A stretch of DNA of 64,000 nucleotides from a virus. Each line of letters opens with the position of its first letter. Within the stretch, counting starts at the first letter, position 1. The stretch lies in IMG/VR virus record IMGVR_UViG_3300013126_002744, positions 4,784-68,783 of that record. One strand, 5' to 3'. Under the pieces are notes generated by a model. It was not told the origin of the DNA, searched no databases, and saw only the letters and a list, made by a program, of their open reading frames with translations. The position numbers were made by a program, and so were the translations under genes. Positions 30,526 through 39,777 of this stretch are shown in pieces.

Positions 30526-31047
30526 ATGAATTTATTTTTAGGGATTGACCAAAGTTTTACCAGCACTGGAATATGTGTTATTGATGAAGATGGTGTGGTG
30601 AAGCACCACGAAACAATAAACACTAGCGATCAGAACGGGGATATATTTGCAAGAGCAAATGTCATTCTTGAGCGTATTGAGTGCTTAGTTTTAGATCATA
30701 GTCCCAGAATGATTGGGATTGAAGGGCTTGCATTTAGTAAGTTTGGTAATGCAACGCGTGACTTAGCTGGGCTCCAAATGGTGATTGTTGCTGGAATGCG
30801 CAGGAAGAATAACAGGTGGAATGATGATTTAGTTATTGTTTCACCGAACCTTTTGAAAAAGTATGCATCAGGCTCCGGTAGTGCTGATAAGGATAAGATG
30901 TATGAAGCATTACCTGAGGATACAAAGGTAGTTTTTGCAGGTTATAAGAAAACAAAAGGTCGGAGCGATGTAGTTGATGCGTTTTGGCTTAGCAAATTTA
31001 TTTTAGACATATATAAGAAGACACATGAAGCTAACCGACCTGGTTGA
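30526..31047 (+). CDS. ruvC: Holliday junction resolvase, RuvC family
   Basis: LGIDQSFTSTG, IGIEG, LKKYASGSGSADK and DVVDA; true start at 30526. Confidence 0.85.
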   Translation: MNLFLGIDQSFTSTGICVIDEDGVVKHHETINTSDQNGDIFARANVILERIECLVLDHSPRMIGIEGLAFSKFGNATRDLAGLQMVIVAGMRRKNNRWNDDLVIVSPNLLKKYASGSGSADKDKMYEALPEDTKVVFAGYKKTKGRSDVVDAFWLSKFILDIYKKTHEANRPG

Positions 31048-31567
31048 AATGCTAACACCCGGTACTGTCAATATTGATTGGCATGACGATGTAGGTGTGT
31101 TTGTAGTCGGTAATACATCTTTTGATGCTACCGTAAGACCGGCTAGAAAAGATGAAAGTCAGACATTCATTCCATTTTTCAACACAGTGCCAAATGTGGG
31201 CAACATTGATTATGGTGCTACAGGTCCTGATGGGATCAGAACGCAAGACATAACAGGACAGACAGGCAAGCAAACCGCACTTGTTTATTCTGGTGCGGCT
31301 GATGTTGTGAGAGAGTTGATTCAACGATACAATTACGAAATTTTGTTATTGATTGCTAAACAAACATCAAGCCCCACTAATTATGAGGATAGAGTTAACC
31401 ACTACTCACGAATGGCGTATTATGCCGCAAAGAAGTTTGGGATGATGGATATGTGTTTAGCATCACAACCATCATTCACTGTATATGTAATATTTAAACC
31501 AGAACACTTAAACAATTTGACAAAAGTAAAACATCATTTAGAACAACAACACAACCAGACAAATTAG
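31025..31567 (+). CDS. hypothetical protein, possible internal head protein
   Basis: N-terminus MKLTDLVE. Confidence 0.7.
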   Translation: MKLTDLVEMLTPGTVNIDWHDDVGVFVVGNTSFDATVRPARKDESQTFIPFFNTVPNVGNIDYGATGPDGIRTQDITGQTGKQTALVYSGAADVVRELIQRYNYEILLLIAKQTSSPTNYEDRVNHYSRMAYYAAKKFGMMDMCLASQPSFTVYVIFKPEHLNNLTKVKHHLEQQHNQTN

Positions 31568-31606
31568 ATAACCCTAATTTACCAAAAATAATTTTTCAGA
31601 CAATAG

Positions 31607-31845
31607 GGTCAAACAAAGACCATAACTAGAAACGCACACGGACATACCCTAACTGCCGTGAGAGTTGGAACAGCGCTATGCGTTCGAGCCATCAGGATGA
31701 TACCTGTAAAGTTATGCCTAGCTTGGGAGTAAAGCCTCCTTTATTCATTAATTCTCGCGTTTGGTGCGGTCGTATGGCTGATTGCACAGGTACGCTGGGT
31801 GATTGTTACCCTTAAACCTTGTGCCAGCGGGCATAGAGCTGTATA
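31607..31845 (+). ncRNA. candidate structured non-coding element (RNA or origin)
   Basis: Non-coding, GC-richer than flanks, many nested stems with G-U pairs favouring the plus strand; no family recognised. Confidence 0.45.
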
Positions 31846-31860
31846 TTATTATAATAAAAG

Positions 31861-31910
31861 AAAAACGCTATATAATTGCGAGTGAAACGAGCAAATTATA
31901 TAGCGTTTTT
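31861..31910. repeat. 17-bp perfect inverted repeat around GCGAGTGAAACGAGCA (hairpin; may double as terminator)
   Basis: aaaaacgctatataatt / aattatatagcgttttt. Confidence 0.9.
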
Positions 31911-31929
31911 GTGTAGCTATTGTAACAGA

Positions 31930-32157
31930 CTAATAAACCGGATGCATCCGTTTGCTTTCTTGCTCTAACCGCTCAGATATAAACTCACTGATCATCTGTC
32001 GCTCAGCAAATGACATATTCATCATGTCACGATAACTGATAGAGCCTCTCATAAAATAGACCAGTTGAATAATCGATTTTGTCATGGTATTCACATCTCG
32101 TCTAAGATTGTTGAACATGTTAATGATGTCCTGTTGAGAGCCGGTTTTTAGCGTCAT
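31930..32157 (-). CDS. gp51-like baseplate/tail assembly chaperone; possible frameshift extension of gp26
   Basis: LVYFMRGSISYRDMMNMSFAER; ATGA overlap with gp26. Confidence 0.7.
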   Translation of the reverse strand: MTLKTGSQQDIINMFNNLRRDVNTMTKSIIQLVYFMRGSISYRDMMNMSFAERQMISEFISERLEQESKRMHPVY

Positions 32158-32939
32158 GAAAAAAAACTTACAGGGTTTGCACTGAAGGGCATTTCAATTT
32201 CAGCACCACAATCTTTACATACTGCACTGGCTTTAAACTCAACCCCCCAATCAGATACTCTGTCGATCGAATCTGATAATGTTCGCACCCACCCGGCTGG
32301 TAAGGCTCTAACCCACTCATCAATCAACCGTTTGTCTTGAATGCCGTCAACACTCTCAATCATATCAACCAACACCTTAATCATACTATTTTGCATTGAA
32401 GCCAGAGCATCTTCATCTTGCTGACCAAGATTCTGATTCAGCTCTAAAATAGTCTGAAACGTAGTAGGCTTTAATCTAACAGTTTGTCCATTAGCCAAAG
32501 TGTTGGTATACACACTAGTGATGGTGGTTGGATCAATCGATTTGGCTTGCCTTAAAATAGTTTGCAGAGAGGTTTTGTACTCGTGCTCTCTTGCTTCTGC
32601 GCAGTTGTGAGTGAAAGTCAATGTGATATCCGGTCCATATGTGATAACACGCAGACATGTTATCAAATAATCTACGTCTTTCGATAGCAATTCTCTGGGT
32701 TTAACAATTTGAGGAATGCAGCGCTTGAATACCTCATCAACAGCTTTCCCTGATAGCAGCATATCAGGTGTTTTGAATAGTATCTCGTCAAAGGCTGTCA
32801 TCGGATACACATGTACTTCACCATCAGCTACATCATCTGTTAATTCTCCGTTGGTGTAAAATAACCCCTGGGATGGAAGTCTAAATGTTTCACCTGGGAT
32901 TTGAAGTCGTTGTAACAACGGGTTTGAATGATCTGACAT
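32154..32939 (-). CDS. gp26: baseplate hub assembly chaperone, gp26-like
   Basis: LPSQGLFY, VYPMTAFDEI, DVDYLITCLR and CKDC; AGGAG RBS before ATG at 32939. Confidence 0.8.
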   Translation of the reverse strand: MSDHSNPLLQRLQIPGETFRLPSQGLFYTNGELTDDVADGEVHVYPMTAFDEILFKTPDMLLSGKAVDEVFKRCIPQIVKPRELLSKDVDYLITCLRVITYGPDITLTFTHNCAEAREHEYKTSLQTILRQAKSIDPTTITSVYTNTLANGQTVRLKPTTFQTILELNQNLGQQDEDALASMQNSMIKVLVDMIESVDGIQDKRLIDEWVRALPAGWVRTLSDSIDRVSDWGVEFKASAVCKDCGAEIEMPFSANPVSFFS

Positions 32940-33041
32940 GACACTGGTCTCCTTATAATAGCACATCTTATATTATTTACTATTAAAAACAAGGTGGAAC
33001 CCACTATAAATAATGTATACGCACACAAGGGTAAAAACCAA

Positions 33042-35936
33042 ATGGCTAGCATGACAGACGCACAACTCCAACAAATACTATCAGCACTAAACACGATAGT
33101 CAACAGACTCGGCAGCGCAGCTGGGGCCATCGACGGCGTAAAAACAAGCTCGCAACGTATAGTAAGAGACATGGAAATGGCCGGAAGATCGGCAGCCAAT
33201 TTATCTGCCGATCTAAAAAAATTAACATCTGCTAGCGAGGATGAATTCAAAACCAGAAGACAATCGGATCGTGTCATATCCAACTTCAATGATCGAATGT
33301 CCAAGCTATCAAACGTTGTCCCAAACACGTCTAAACATTTGGTTGATCTGGCTGCTGCCGCTCAAGATCAGATAGAGCATTCCAAGAAAATCCAACAACA
33401 AGCGGATAAAGAGATACAGGACAATATAAGCAGACAAAGTGAACTTCGTCATGAAATATCACTCAATGAAACAGCATATCGTGCAGGCACTGTTGCAATA
33501 CAAGCAGCAACAACGTCATTTGATACTGCAAAACAAGCGCATGAAGCCGCAGTTGGCAATTTAGCAGCAGCACAGGATAGAGTGACTGAACTTATGCGTC
33601 AGTCAGAGATTGCACAGGCAGCAGGGAAACAACACCAAGCTCGAACTTTAGCACAAGCTGCACAGACCATAAATGCAACGTTAATGACTCTCAAACAACA
33701 CGTTGACACAACTGCTGTAGCACTAACAACACAACAAAACAACCTGGATAATCTTAACGCAATACATGGCGAGGCTATCAAAAAAGGTGATAGCCTCGCC
33801 AAAGAGCTGAACGACCTCCAAGAAGCTGTTGTTGATACTCGAAAAATATACATCGATGCAGCTGCTCATGAGAAAGATATGGTGAAAGTGCGTGAGGAAA
33901 GCATCCAAAAAGCAGCAAAATCAGCAATGACGGTGTCCAATGCACTCAATATAGCAAAAAATAAACTGATGAGCTGGTCTCAATCGCTAGGAACGGCAGG
34001 AAAAATAGCAGTCGGTGCAGCTGCAACGCTAGCATACCAGGGTCAAAAAGCTGAAATTGCTCGTGGTCTAAACACCAATGCCCCGGGAACAGCGGTGTCA
34101 TACACAGAAATGGCATCGATGGGTATGACGCCAGCTGAGTTTGCAGAGTTGTCGGGCGAATACAGGCATGCTATGCTATCGGCTGGTGGGCTGAGTGACA
34201 GTGTCAATTTGATCAAACAATCGCAAGAAGAGCTAAAGCATGTAATTCCAGATCTCAAGGATCAAACTAAGTTTGCAGCTGATAATCTCAACTTGATGTC
34301 ACGTGTTGGTATTAAACCAAACACTAAAAATATAAGCCTCATGAATGAAGCACTCGCCAAAAATATAAAAATATCTGGTGAGACAGGCGAACAGTTTATG
34401 GGCAACATCCGGGACATTATTGAAGACGAAAGCATGATGACTCGCATGCGAATGGCAAGTTCTGAGGACGAACGTCAATCCATTCTCAAAAACACACAAC
34501 AACGCTATGCCGAACTCAAAGCGATGGGTATGACAACTGAGCAAGCGAAAGCTGCATCCAAAGCTCTCAACAAAATGGCAGCAGAAGGGCCTATGGAACG
34601 TCTTAAAAAGAGTGTTATGTTGACAGCAACAATGGGTGCAATGGGCATGTCAGGGGCGGACCGCATGGGTGAGCTCTATAGAAAAGGCACCCGTCGCAAT
34701 GCTCAAGAAGAACGCGAGTTCCAAAAAGGAATGTCAACACTAAGCAACGAAATGTCGACAGCTGTTGCAGGTTTTGATACCATGGCCTTTGCCACAGAAG
34801 CACTGGGACAAAAAACAGGATTTAATGCAGAAACCCTGGCAGACTTAAACACCAAATTTGCTGAGACAGTGGGTGAAAATATCAAACCGGCTGCAGACAA
34901 AATGGAACTAGCATCAACTGAAATGGTTAATGCTGTACACTTGTTTGAGACTGCAACGAGTCAAATAGCAAACAACCCTTGGGTGCAGCTCGGTATTGGT
35001 GTTGGCGCTTTAACGGCAGCAGTGGCTGCTAATACAATAGCTTCAGGCATAAACACCATTGCATTACTCAAAGGTGGATTATCCAATCTAAAAGACTGGT
35101 TCAAAGGTGGTGGCCCTGGTGGAACTGCTGCAGCAAAGGCCACAGCTAGCCGAGCAGGCATTGCTGCTCAACTTGCTGGCACATCACCAGCATTGGCGAG
35201 GGCAGGGGCGGTAGCATCATCAAACAAACTAGCACTAGCGGGAGCTGGGTTAAAGACAATGGGTCCATTGGCTGCTATTGGTGGAGTGATTAGTGGTGGT
35301 ATGAACTACTTAGAAACCGGCAAAGCTGGAGAAAGCGTTGGTGCTGGACTAGGAGCAACCGCTGGTGGTCTGGGTGGAGCTGCAATTGGTTCTGTTGCTG
35401 GTGGCATTGTTGGTTCACTGGCTGGTCCTGCAGGGACAGTTATTGGTAGCTGGCTTGGTGGCGCAATTGGAGGGTGGTTTGGTGGATCAAAAGGCGAAGA
35501 TTTGGGCAAATCAATAGGTGCATCATTTGATGAAGACAAAACCAAAAAACCCATTGAAGATTCAATGGCAAAAGTTCAATCAGAAACAGCAAAGATAATT
35601 GATGATAAAACCCAGCAAGCAGTAGAAAATGCAAAACTAGCAACCGTAAAAGATGCAATGTCAACAACTGCAACGGACACACAAGAGGGTGGAGCCAGAG
35701 CGGAAACTGAAAAAGCAATTACAGCTCAAACGCTTTCTATTGAACAGCAACTGAGAAAAATGGACGAAGCAAACAATCACCTCAAAGTTGTTGCAGACAA
35801 TGTACCAACTCTGGTGGAAATAGCTAATAAACAACTGCTTGCTATGTCACTAACAGAAAAGGAAAAGGGCGATCCAAACAGAATTGGTCGCATCCGCCGC
35901 GACTCAGGGTTCGGTGCAACATACCAGTATCTATAA
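33042..35936 (+). CDS. tail tape measure protein
   Basis: Long Ala/Gln-rich helical protein with a Gly-zipper segment; TATAAATA at 33005; next to the chaperone genes. Confidence 0.7.
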   Translation: MASMTDAQLQQILSALNTIVNRLGSAAGAIDGVKTSSQRIVRDMEMAGRSAANLSADLKKLTSASEDEFKTRRQSDRVISNFNDRMSKLSNVVPNTSKHLVDLAAAAQDQIEHSKKIQQQADKEIQDNISRQSELRHEISLNETAYRAGTVAIQAATTSFDTAKQAHEAAVGNLAAAQDRVTELMRQSEIAQAAGKQHQARTLAQAAQTINATLMTLKQHVDTTAVALTTQQNNLDNLNAIHGEAIKKGDSLAKELNDLQEAVVDTRKIYIDAAAHEKDMVKVREESIQKAAKSAMTVSNALNIAKNKLMSWSQSLGTAGKIAVGAAATLAYQGQKAEIARGLNTNAPGTAVSYTEMASMGMTPAEFAELSGEYRHAMLSAGGLSDSVNLIKQSQEELKHVIPDLKDQTKFAADNLNLMSRVGIKPNTKNISLMNEALAKNIKISGETGEQFMGNIRDIIEDESMMTRMRMASSEDERQSILKNTQQRYAELKAMGMTTEQAKAASKALNKMAAEGPMERLKKSVMLTATMGAMGMSGADRMGELYRKGTRRNAQEEREFQKGMSTLSNEMSTAVAGFDTMAFATEALGQKTGFNAETLADLNTKFAETVGENIKPAADKMELASTEMVNAVHLFETATSQIANNPWVQLGIGVGALTAAVAANTIASGINTIALLKGGLSNLKDWFKGGGPGGTAAAKATASRAGIAAQLAGTSPALARAGAVASSNKLALAGAGLKTMGPLAAIGGVISGGMNYLETGKAGESVGAGLGATAGGLGGAAIGSVAGGIVGSLAGPAGTVIGSWLGGAIGGWFGGSKGEDLGKSIGASFDEDKTKKPIEDSMAKVQSETAKIIDDKTQQAVENAKLATVKDAMSTTATDTQEGGARAETEKAITAQTLSIEQQLRKMDEANNHLKVVADNVPTLVEIANKQLLAMSLTEKEKGDPNRIGRIRRDSGFGATYQYL

Positions 35937-36007
35937 CTAGTGGGTAAATTATACGCACAGTCGCCCACGATAAATAATAAACACAAACGAGTACTCAGGA
36001 TAATCTA

Positions 36008-37654
36008 ATGGCAAAGTTTTCTAACTATTTCAAGGTTGTTACGCCCAAACCAGGCGTAACAACAATGACCGACAACCAGAATATTGGTGATCAGGGTGTA
36101 TACGCAAATTACACTTGGTACCAACGCCTCATTCAAGGTTCGGCATCTCGTATCACCAGATATCGTGAATATGATTTAATGGACAATGATGTCGAAATTG
36201 CACGGTCACTAGACACTATTGCAGAAGAAATGATTGGGTCAGACCCTAATGAGGATATGCCTTTGGTCCTCAACATCATTTCTGAAAAACAAGAAAACAT
36301 TCCAACAAGCACAGTTATGACCCTTAAATCTGCACTACGGTATTGGAGTGATTTACACGACTGGCAAAACCGATTGTTCAAGATTGCACGAATTACTGTA
36401 AAGTATGGAGACTGCTTTTTTATCCGTCACAAAGAAACACAAAAATGGGAATACACCCACCCAAAGACTGTTGTAGCCGCCATTGTTGATGAGCGAGACA
36501 TGACACGTGTGATGGGGTGGCAAATCCGCAGAGAAGCAAAAACACCAAACTCTCCATACAACGCTCCTGTCGGACAATTTGGATCATACTCAAACGAGCT
36601 CGTTGACACATACTCCGCAGATGAAGTAATCGTATTCTCTCTAAACGATGATATATCAGACACAGCACCATTTGGCGAATCTGTTTTGCGTGCTGTGTAC
36701 CGAGCACAAAAACAAAAAGAATTGCTAGAAGATGCTATTCTAATCTACCGTATACAACGCGCGCCAGAACGTCGTGTATTCTACATTGACGTGGGTAAGA
36801 TGCCTCCACAGCGCGTCAAGTCATACCTTGAAGGCATCAAAAATGAGATCAGACAACGCAAGATCCCTACAGCAGGTGGCGGGGTAGACCAGGTTGATTC
36901 GGTCTACAATCCCCAATCAATGAGTGAAGATTTCTTCTTTGCACAACGTCCTGATGGCCGTGGATCTAAAGTGGAAACACTGCCTGGCGGGCAAGGTCTT
37001 GGCGAGCTTGCTGACCTCGAATACTTCCAGTGGAAGGTTTTCCGTGGCTTGCGTATTCCTTTATCGTACATGCGTGAAGGAACAGATGGATCAACAATCA
37101 ATGACGGTAAGGTTGGTACAGCGTACATTCAAGAATTGCGTTTTGCTATGTACATTAAACGTCTGCAAGGGTTTATTGCGCGTGTAATGGACAAAGAATT
37201 TAAGCGATATCTGCGCAATGTTGGGATCAATGTTGATCCAGCTATCTTCAATGTTTCGCTACCAGAGCCAGAAAATTTTGGTATATATCGTCGTCAGGAA
37301 CTTGACAATAGCCTGCTAACAACATTCCAGAATGCAGCGGGTATTGAGTTTTTATCACCACGCTTTACAATGAAGAAATACCTGCAACTCACCGATGAGG
37401 AAATTCTCACAAATGAGCGCTTGCGTCGTGAAGAATTGGGGCTTGATCCCAATGGTGGCCCTGAAGACCTTCCGCAAATTTATGGACCACCTCCTGAAGA
37501 AGGAATGGGGGGACCAGGCATGGTAGCTGGAATGCCTGGAATGGATCTGGGAATGGGACCAGGCATGGAGAGTGAAGCTGGAATGGGTGGGGCAGAATCT
37601 GAAATGGGTGCTGCTCCAGGAGGCCCCGAAACTGGCGGAGCTCCACCCGTCTAA
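36008..37654 (+). CDS. gp20: portal protein
   Basis: LLEDAILIYRIQRAPERRVFYIDVGKMP and VETLPGG. Confidence 0.95.
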   Translation: MAKFSNYFKVVTPKPGVTTMTDNQNIGDQGVYANYTWYQRLIQGSASRITRYREYDLMDNDVEIARSLDTIAEEMIGSDPNEDMPLVLNIISEKQENIPTSTVMTLKSALRYWSDLHDWQNRLFKIARITVKYGDCFFIRHKETQKWEYTHPKTVVAAIVDERDMTRVMGWQIRREAKTPNSPYNAPVGQFGSYSNELVDTYSADEVIVFSLNDDISDTAPFGESVLRAVYRAQKQKELLEDAILIYRIQRAPERRVFYIDVGKMPPQRVKSYLEGIKNEIRQRKIPTAGGGVDQVDSVYNPQSMSEDFFFAQRPDGRGSKVETLPGGQGLGELADLEYFQWKVFRGLRIPLSYMREGTDGSTINDGKVGTAYIQELRFAMYIKRLQGFIARVMDKEFKRYLRNVGINVDPAIFNVSLPEPENFGIYRRQELDNSLLTTFQNAAGIEFLSPRFTMKKYLQLTDEEILTNERLRREELGLDPNGGPEDLPQIYGPPPEEGMGGPGMVAGMPGMDLGMGPGMESEAGMGGAESEMGAAPGGPETGGAPPV

Positions 37655-37746
37655 AATAAAAACCCCGTGAAGACAAGGGTATATCAATAAATATTAAACA
37701 GGTTTTAACAAACCGGTGAATCTTTTTGCAAAAAGGAGCAATTATT

Positions 37747-37992
37747 ATGACTAAAGAAATGAAGCAGTACCTCGAGACAGTTGTCACATCTATCGTTAAT
37801 GAAGATGCTGATTCTGCTAAAGAAGCATTCCACGAATACCTACGCCTGAAGACACAAGAAGTTTTGGGTGAAGCATCATCATGTTCTGAAGATGAAGAAG
37901 AATGTGACGAAGAATGTGACGAAGATGAAGGTTCTGGATCCGGTGAAGAAGGTTCTGGATCCGGTGAAGAAGACGAGAAGAAAGAAGACTAA
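37747..37992 (+). CDS. small acidic prohead core protein (gp67/68 position)
   Basis: Between portal and protease; very acidic; AAGGAG RBS. Confidence 0.65.
   Translation: MTKEMKQYLETVVTSIVNEDADSAKEAFHEYLRLKTQEVLGEASSCSEDEEECDEECDEDEGSGSGEEGSGSGEEDEKKED
37897..37968. repeat. in-frame tandem repeats, 12 bp x2 (EECD) and 21 bp x2 (EGSGSGE)
   Basis: gaagaatgtgac x2; gaaggttctggatccggtgaa x2. Confidence 0.85.
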
Positions 37993-38019
37993 TACAGTCC
38001 TCTCTTAAAGGAGAATATT

Positions 38020-38655
38020 ATGACAACTCCAATTCTGCTCGTTGAAGAACTAGCCCCTGAACAAGCACACATGATTCAAGAGTCATCAGCCGATGGCAAA
38101 AGCATGTGGTTGAATGGCGTTTGTATGATGGCCGAAAAGCAAAACCGTAACGGTCGTACATATCGTCGTTCTGAGCTTGAAGAAGCTGTTAAGAATGCTC
38201 AACAGCGCATCAAAGAATGCAATGGTATCTTTGGTGAACTTGACCACCCTCAAACACTACAAATCAACTCTGATCGCATCTCTCACGTCATCACAGAAAT
38301 GTGGATGAATGGTAATGATGCATACGGTAAAGCAAAACTAATCAATACACCAATGGGTAACATTGCTCAGGAACTTCTACGTTCTGGTGTTAAGATTGGT
38401 GTATCAAGCCGTGGAGCTGGTAACGTGAATGAGAGTGGTGAAGTTCAAGGCTTTCAGTTTATCACATATGATATTGTGGTAACACCGTCGGCCCCCAATG
38501 CCTATCCAGGTCTAGTTTACGAATCGCTACAGAACAAGCAAGGCCAAAAAATCATGACGTTAGCTGAACAAGTCCGTCACGATCCAGCCGCTCAAAAATA
38601 CTTCAAGAAAGAGATTATGAGATGGCTAAATGAGGGGCTATTTGCTAAGAAATAA
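38020..38655 (+). CDS. gp21: prohead protease
   Basis: NRNGRTY, GELDHP, GVSSRGAG and DIVVTPSAPNA. Confidence 0.93.
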   Translation: MTTPILLVEELAPEQAHMIQESSADGKSMWLNGVCMMAEKQNRNGRTYRRSELEEAVKNAQQRIKECNGIFGELDHPQTLQINSDRISHVITEMWMNGNDAYGKAKLINTPMGNIAQELLRSGVKIGVSSRGAGNVNESGEVQGFQFITYDIVVTPSAPNAYPGLVYESLQNKQGQKIMTLAEQVRHDPAAQKYFKKEIMRWLNEGLFAKK

Positions 38656-38664
38656 AGAAAAATT

Positions 38665-38700
38665 CAAAAAGTGGGGGACATAAAACTCTCCCATTTTTTG
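38665..38700 (+). terminator. probable terminator after gp21
   Basis: aaaaagtggg...cccatttttt. Confidence 0.55.
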
Positions 38701-38796
38701 CGGCTGAACATCTGCGCGTAAGACGTTTTGCTGTTATATCCCGCAGGGGATCATAAATAAATTTACGCGTAGAAACATCAATTTAAGGAGATTAAG

Positions 38797-39741
38797 ATGG
38801 ATGAACTACTAAAGAAACTACTCGAGGCTGAAGTTCTTACAGAAGAAACAAAGTCTGAAATTGAATCTGCTGTCAAAAAGCAGATCGAAGAAACAATAGC
38901 AAATGCTCGTGAAGAAGCCACAGCTCTAGTTACTGCTGAACTAAATGAACAGTGGATTGCTGAGCGCGAAACTCTAATCGAAGCTCTTGATGCTAAGATT
39001 ACAGAAGCTCTAACAGAAGAAGTTGGTGAACTAAAAGCTGACATCGAGCGTTTCCGCGACCTAGAAGCTGAACATGCTGAAAAGCTAGTTGAAGCCAAGG
39101 CTGAAATGGCTGATCAACTAAAGAGCGACCTAGCACAACTAATTGAAAAGCTTGACGCGTTCCTGGAAGTTCGTCTATCTGCCGAGCTCGAAGAACTACG
39201 TGAAGACTTCGATATTGTTAAGAAACAGCAATTCGGTAAGACAGTGTTTGAAGCATTTGTTGCAGAATTTAAAAAGCACTATGCTGGTGATGATTCTGTT
39301 GAATCCAAGCTAAATGAAACAGAACAACGTCTTGACGATGCTCTAACAGCTCTCGAAAATGCTGAGAAGAAGGCAGCTAGACTAGAGCGCACAATGAAGC
39401 TAGAGTCAGTGCTTAAGCCACTATCTGGCCGTTCACGTGAAGTTATGGAAGCAATTCTAAAGAACGTTGAAACAACAATGCTTGAAGAAGCATACAAGAC
39501 ATACGTCGGTCGCGTCCTAAAGGAAACGACAGAAGTAGAAACTTCAGAGAAGGAAGAATCAGTACTAGCTGAAGGTGAAGTAAAGCCTGAAGTATCAGGC
39601 GTAGCAAAGAGCGGTGATGATGCTGCACTAGCAAGCGAGCAGAAGAATCTAACAGAAGCTGAAGCTGCTGCTGAAACAGCAACACCAACAATCACAGAGA
39701 GCGAAAAGCTCCGTTTACGCCGTCTAGCAGGCTTAGTTTAA
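38797..39741 (+). CDS. gp22: prohead scaffold protein
   Basis: Acidic coiled coil between protease and capsid genes; ends RRLAGL. Confidence 0.85.
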   Translation: MDELLKKLLEAEVLTEETKSEIESAVKKQIEETIANAREEATALVTAELNEQWIAERETLIEALDAKITEALTEEVGELKADIERFRDLEAEHAEKLVEAKAEMADQLKSDLAQLIEKLDAFLEVRLSAELEELREDFDIVKKQQFGKTVFEAFVAEFKKHYAGDDSVESKLNETEQRLDDALTALENAEKKAARLERTMKLESVLKPLSGRSREVMEAILKNVETTMLEEAYKTYVGRVLKETTEVETSEKEESVLAEGEVKPEVSGVAKSGDDAALASEQKNLTEAEAAAETATPTITESEKLRLRRLAGLV

Positions 39742-39777
39742 TAAAGCTAGTTAATTTTAATCTAAGGAGATTTACAA

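Noticed and set aside
31607-31845. Hammerhead, HDV-like ribozyme or RNase P identity for the structured region
   Set aside because: CUGANGA/GAAA and GAGGAAAGUCC cores are absent and an HDV topology could not be fitted by eye
37722-37735. Palindrome CTTTTTGCAAAAAG next to an RBS
   Set aside because: Low complexity and weak pairing; plausibly chance
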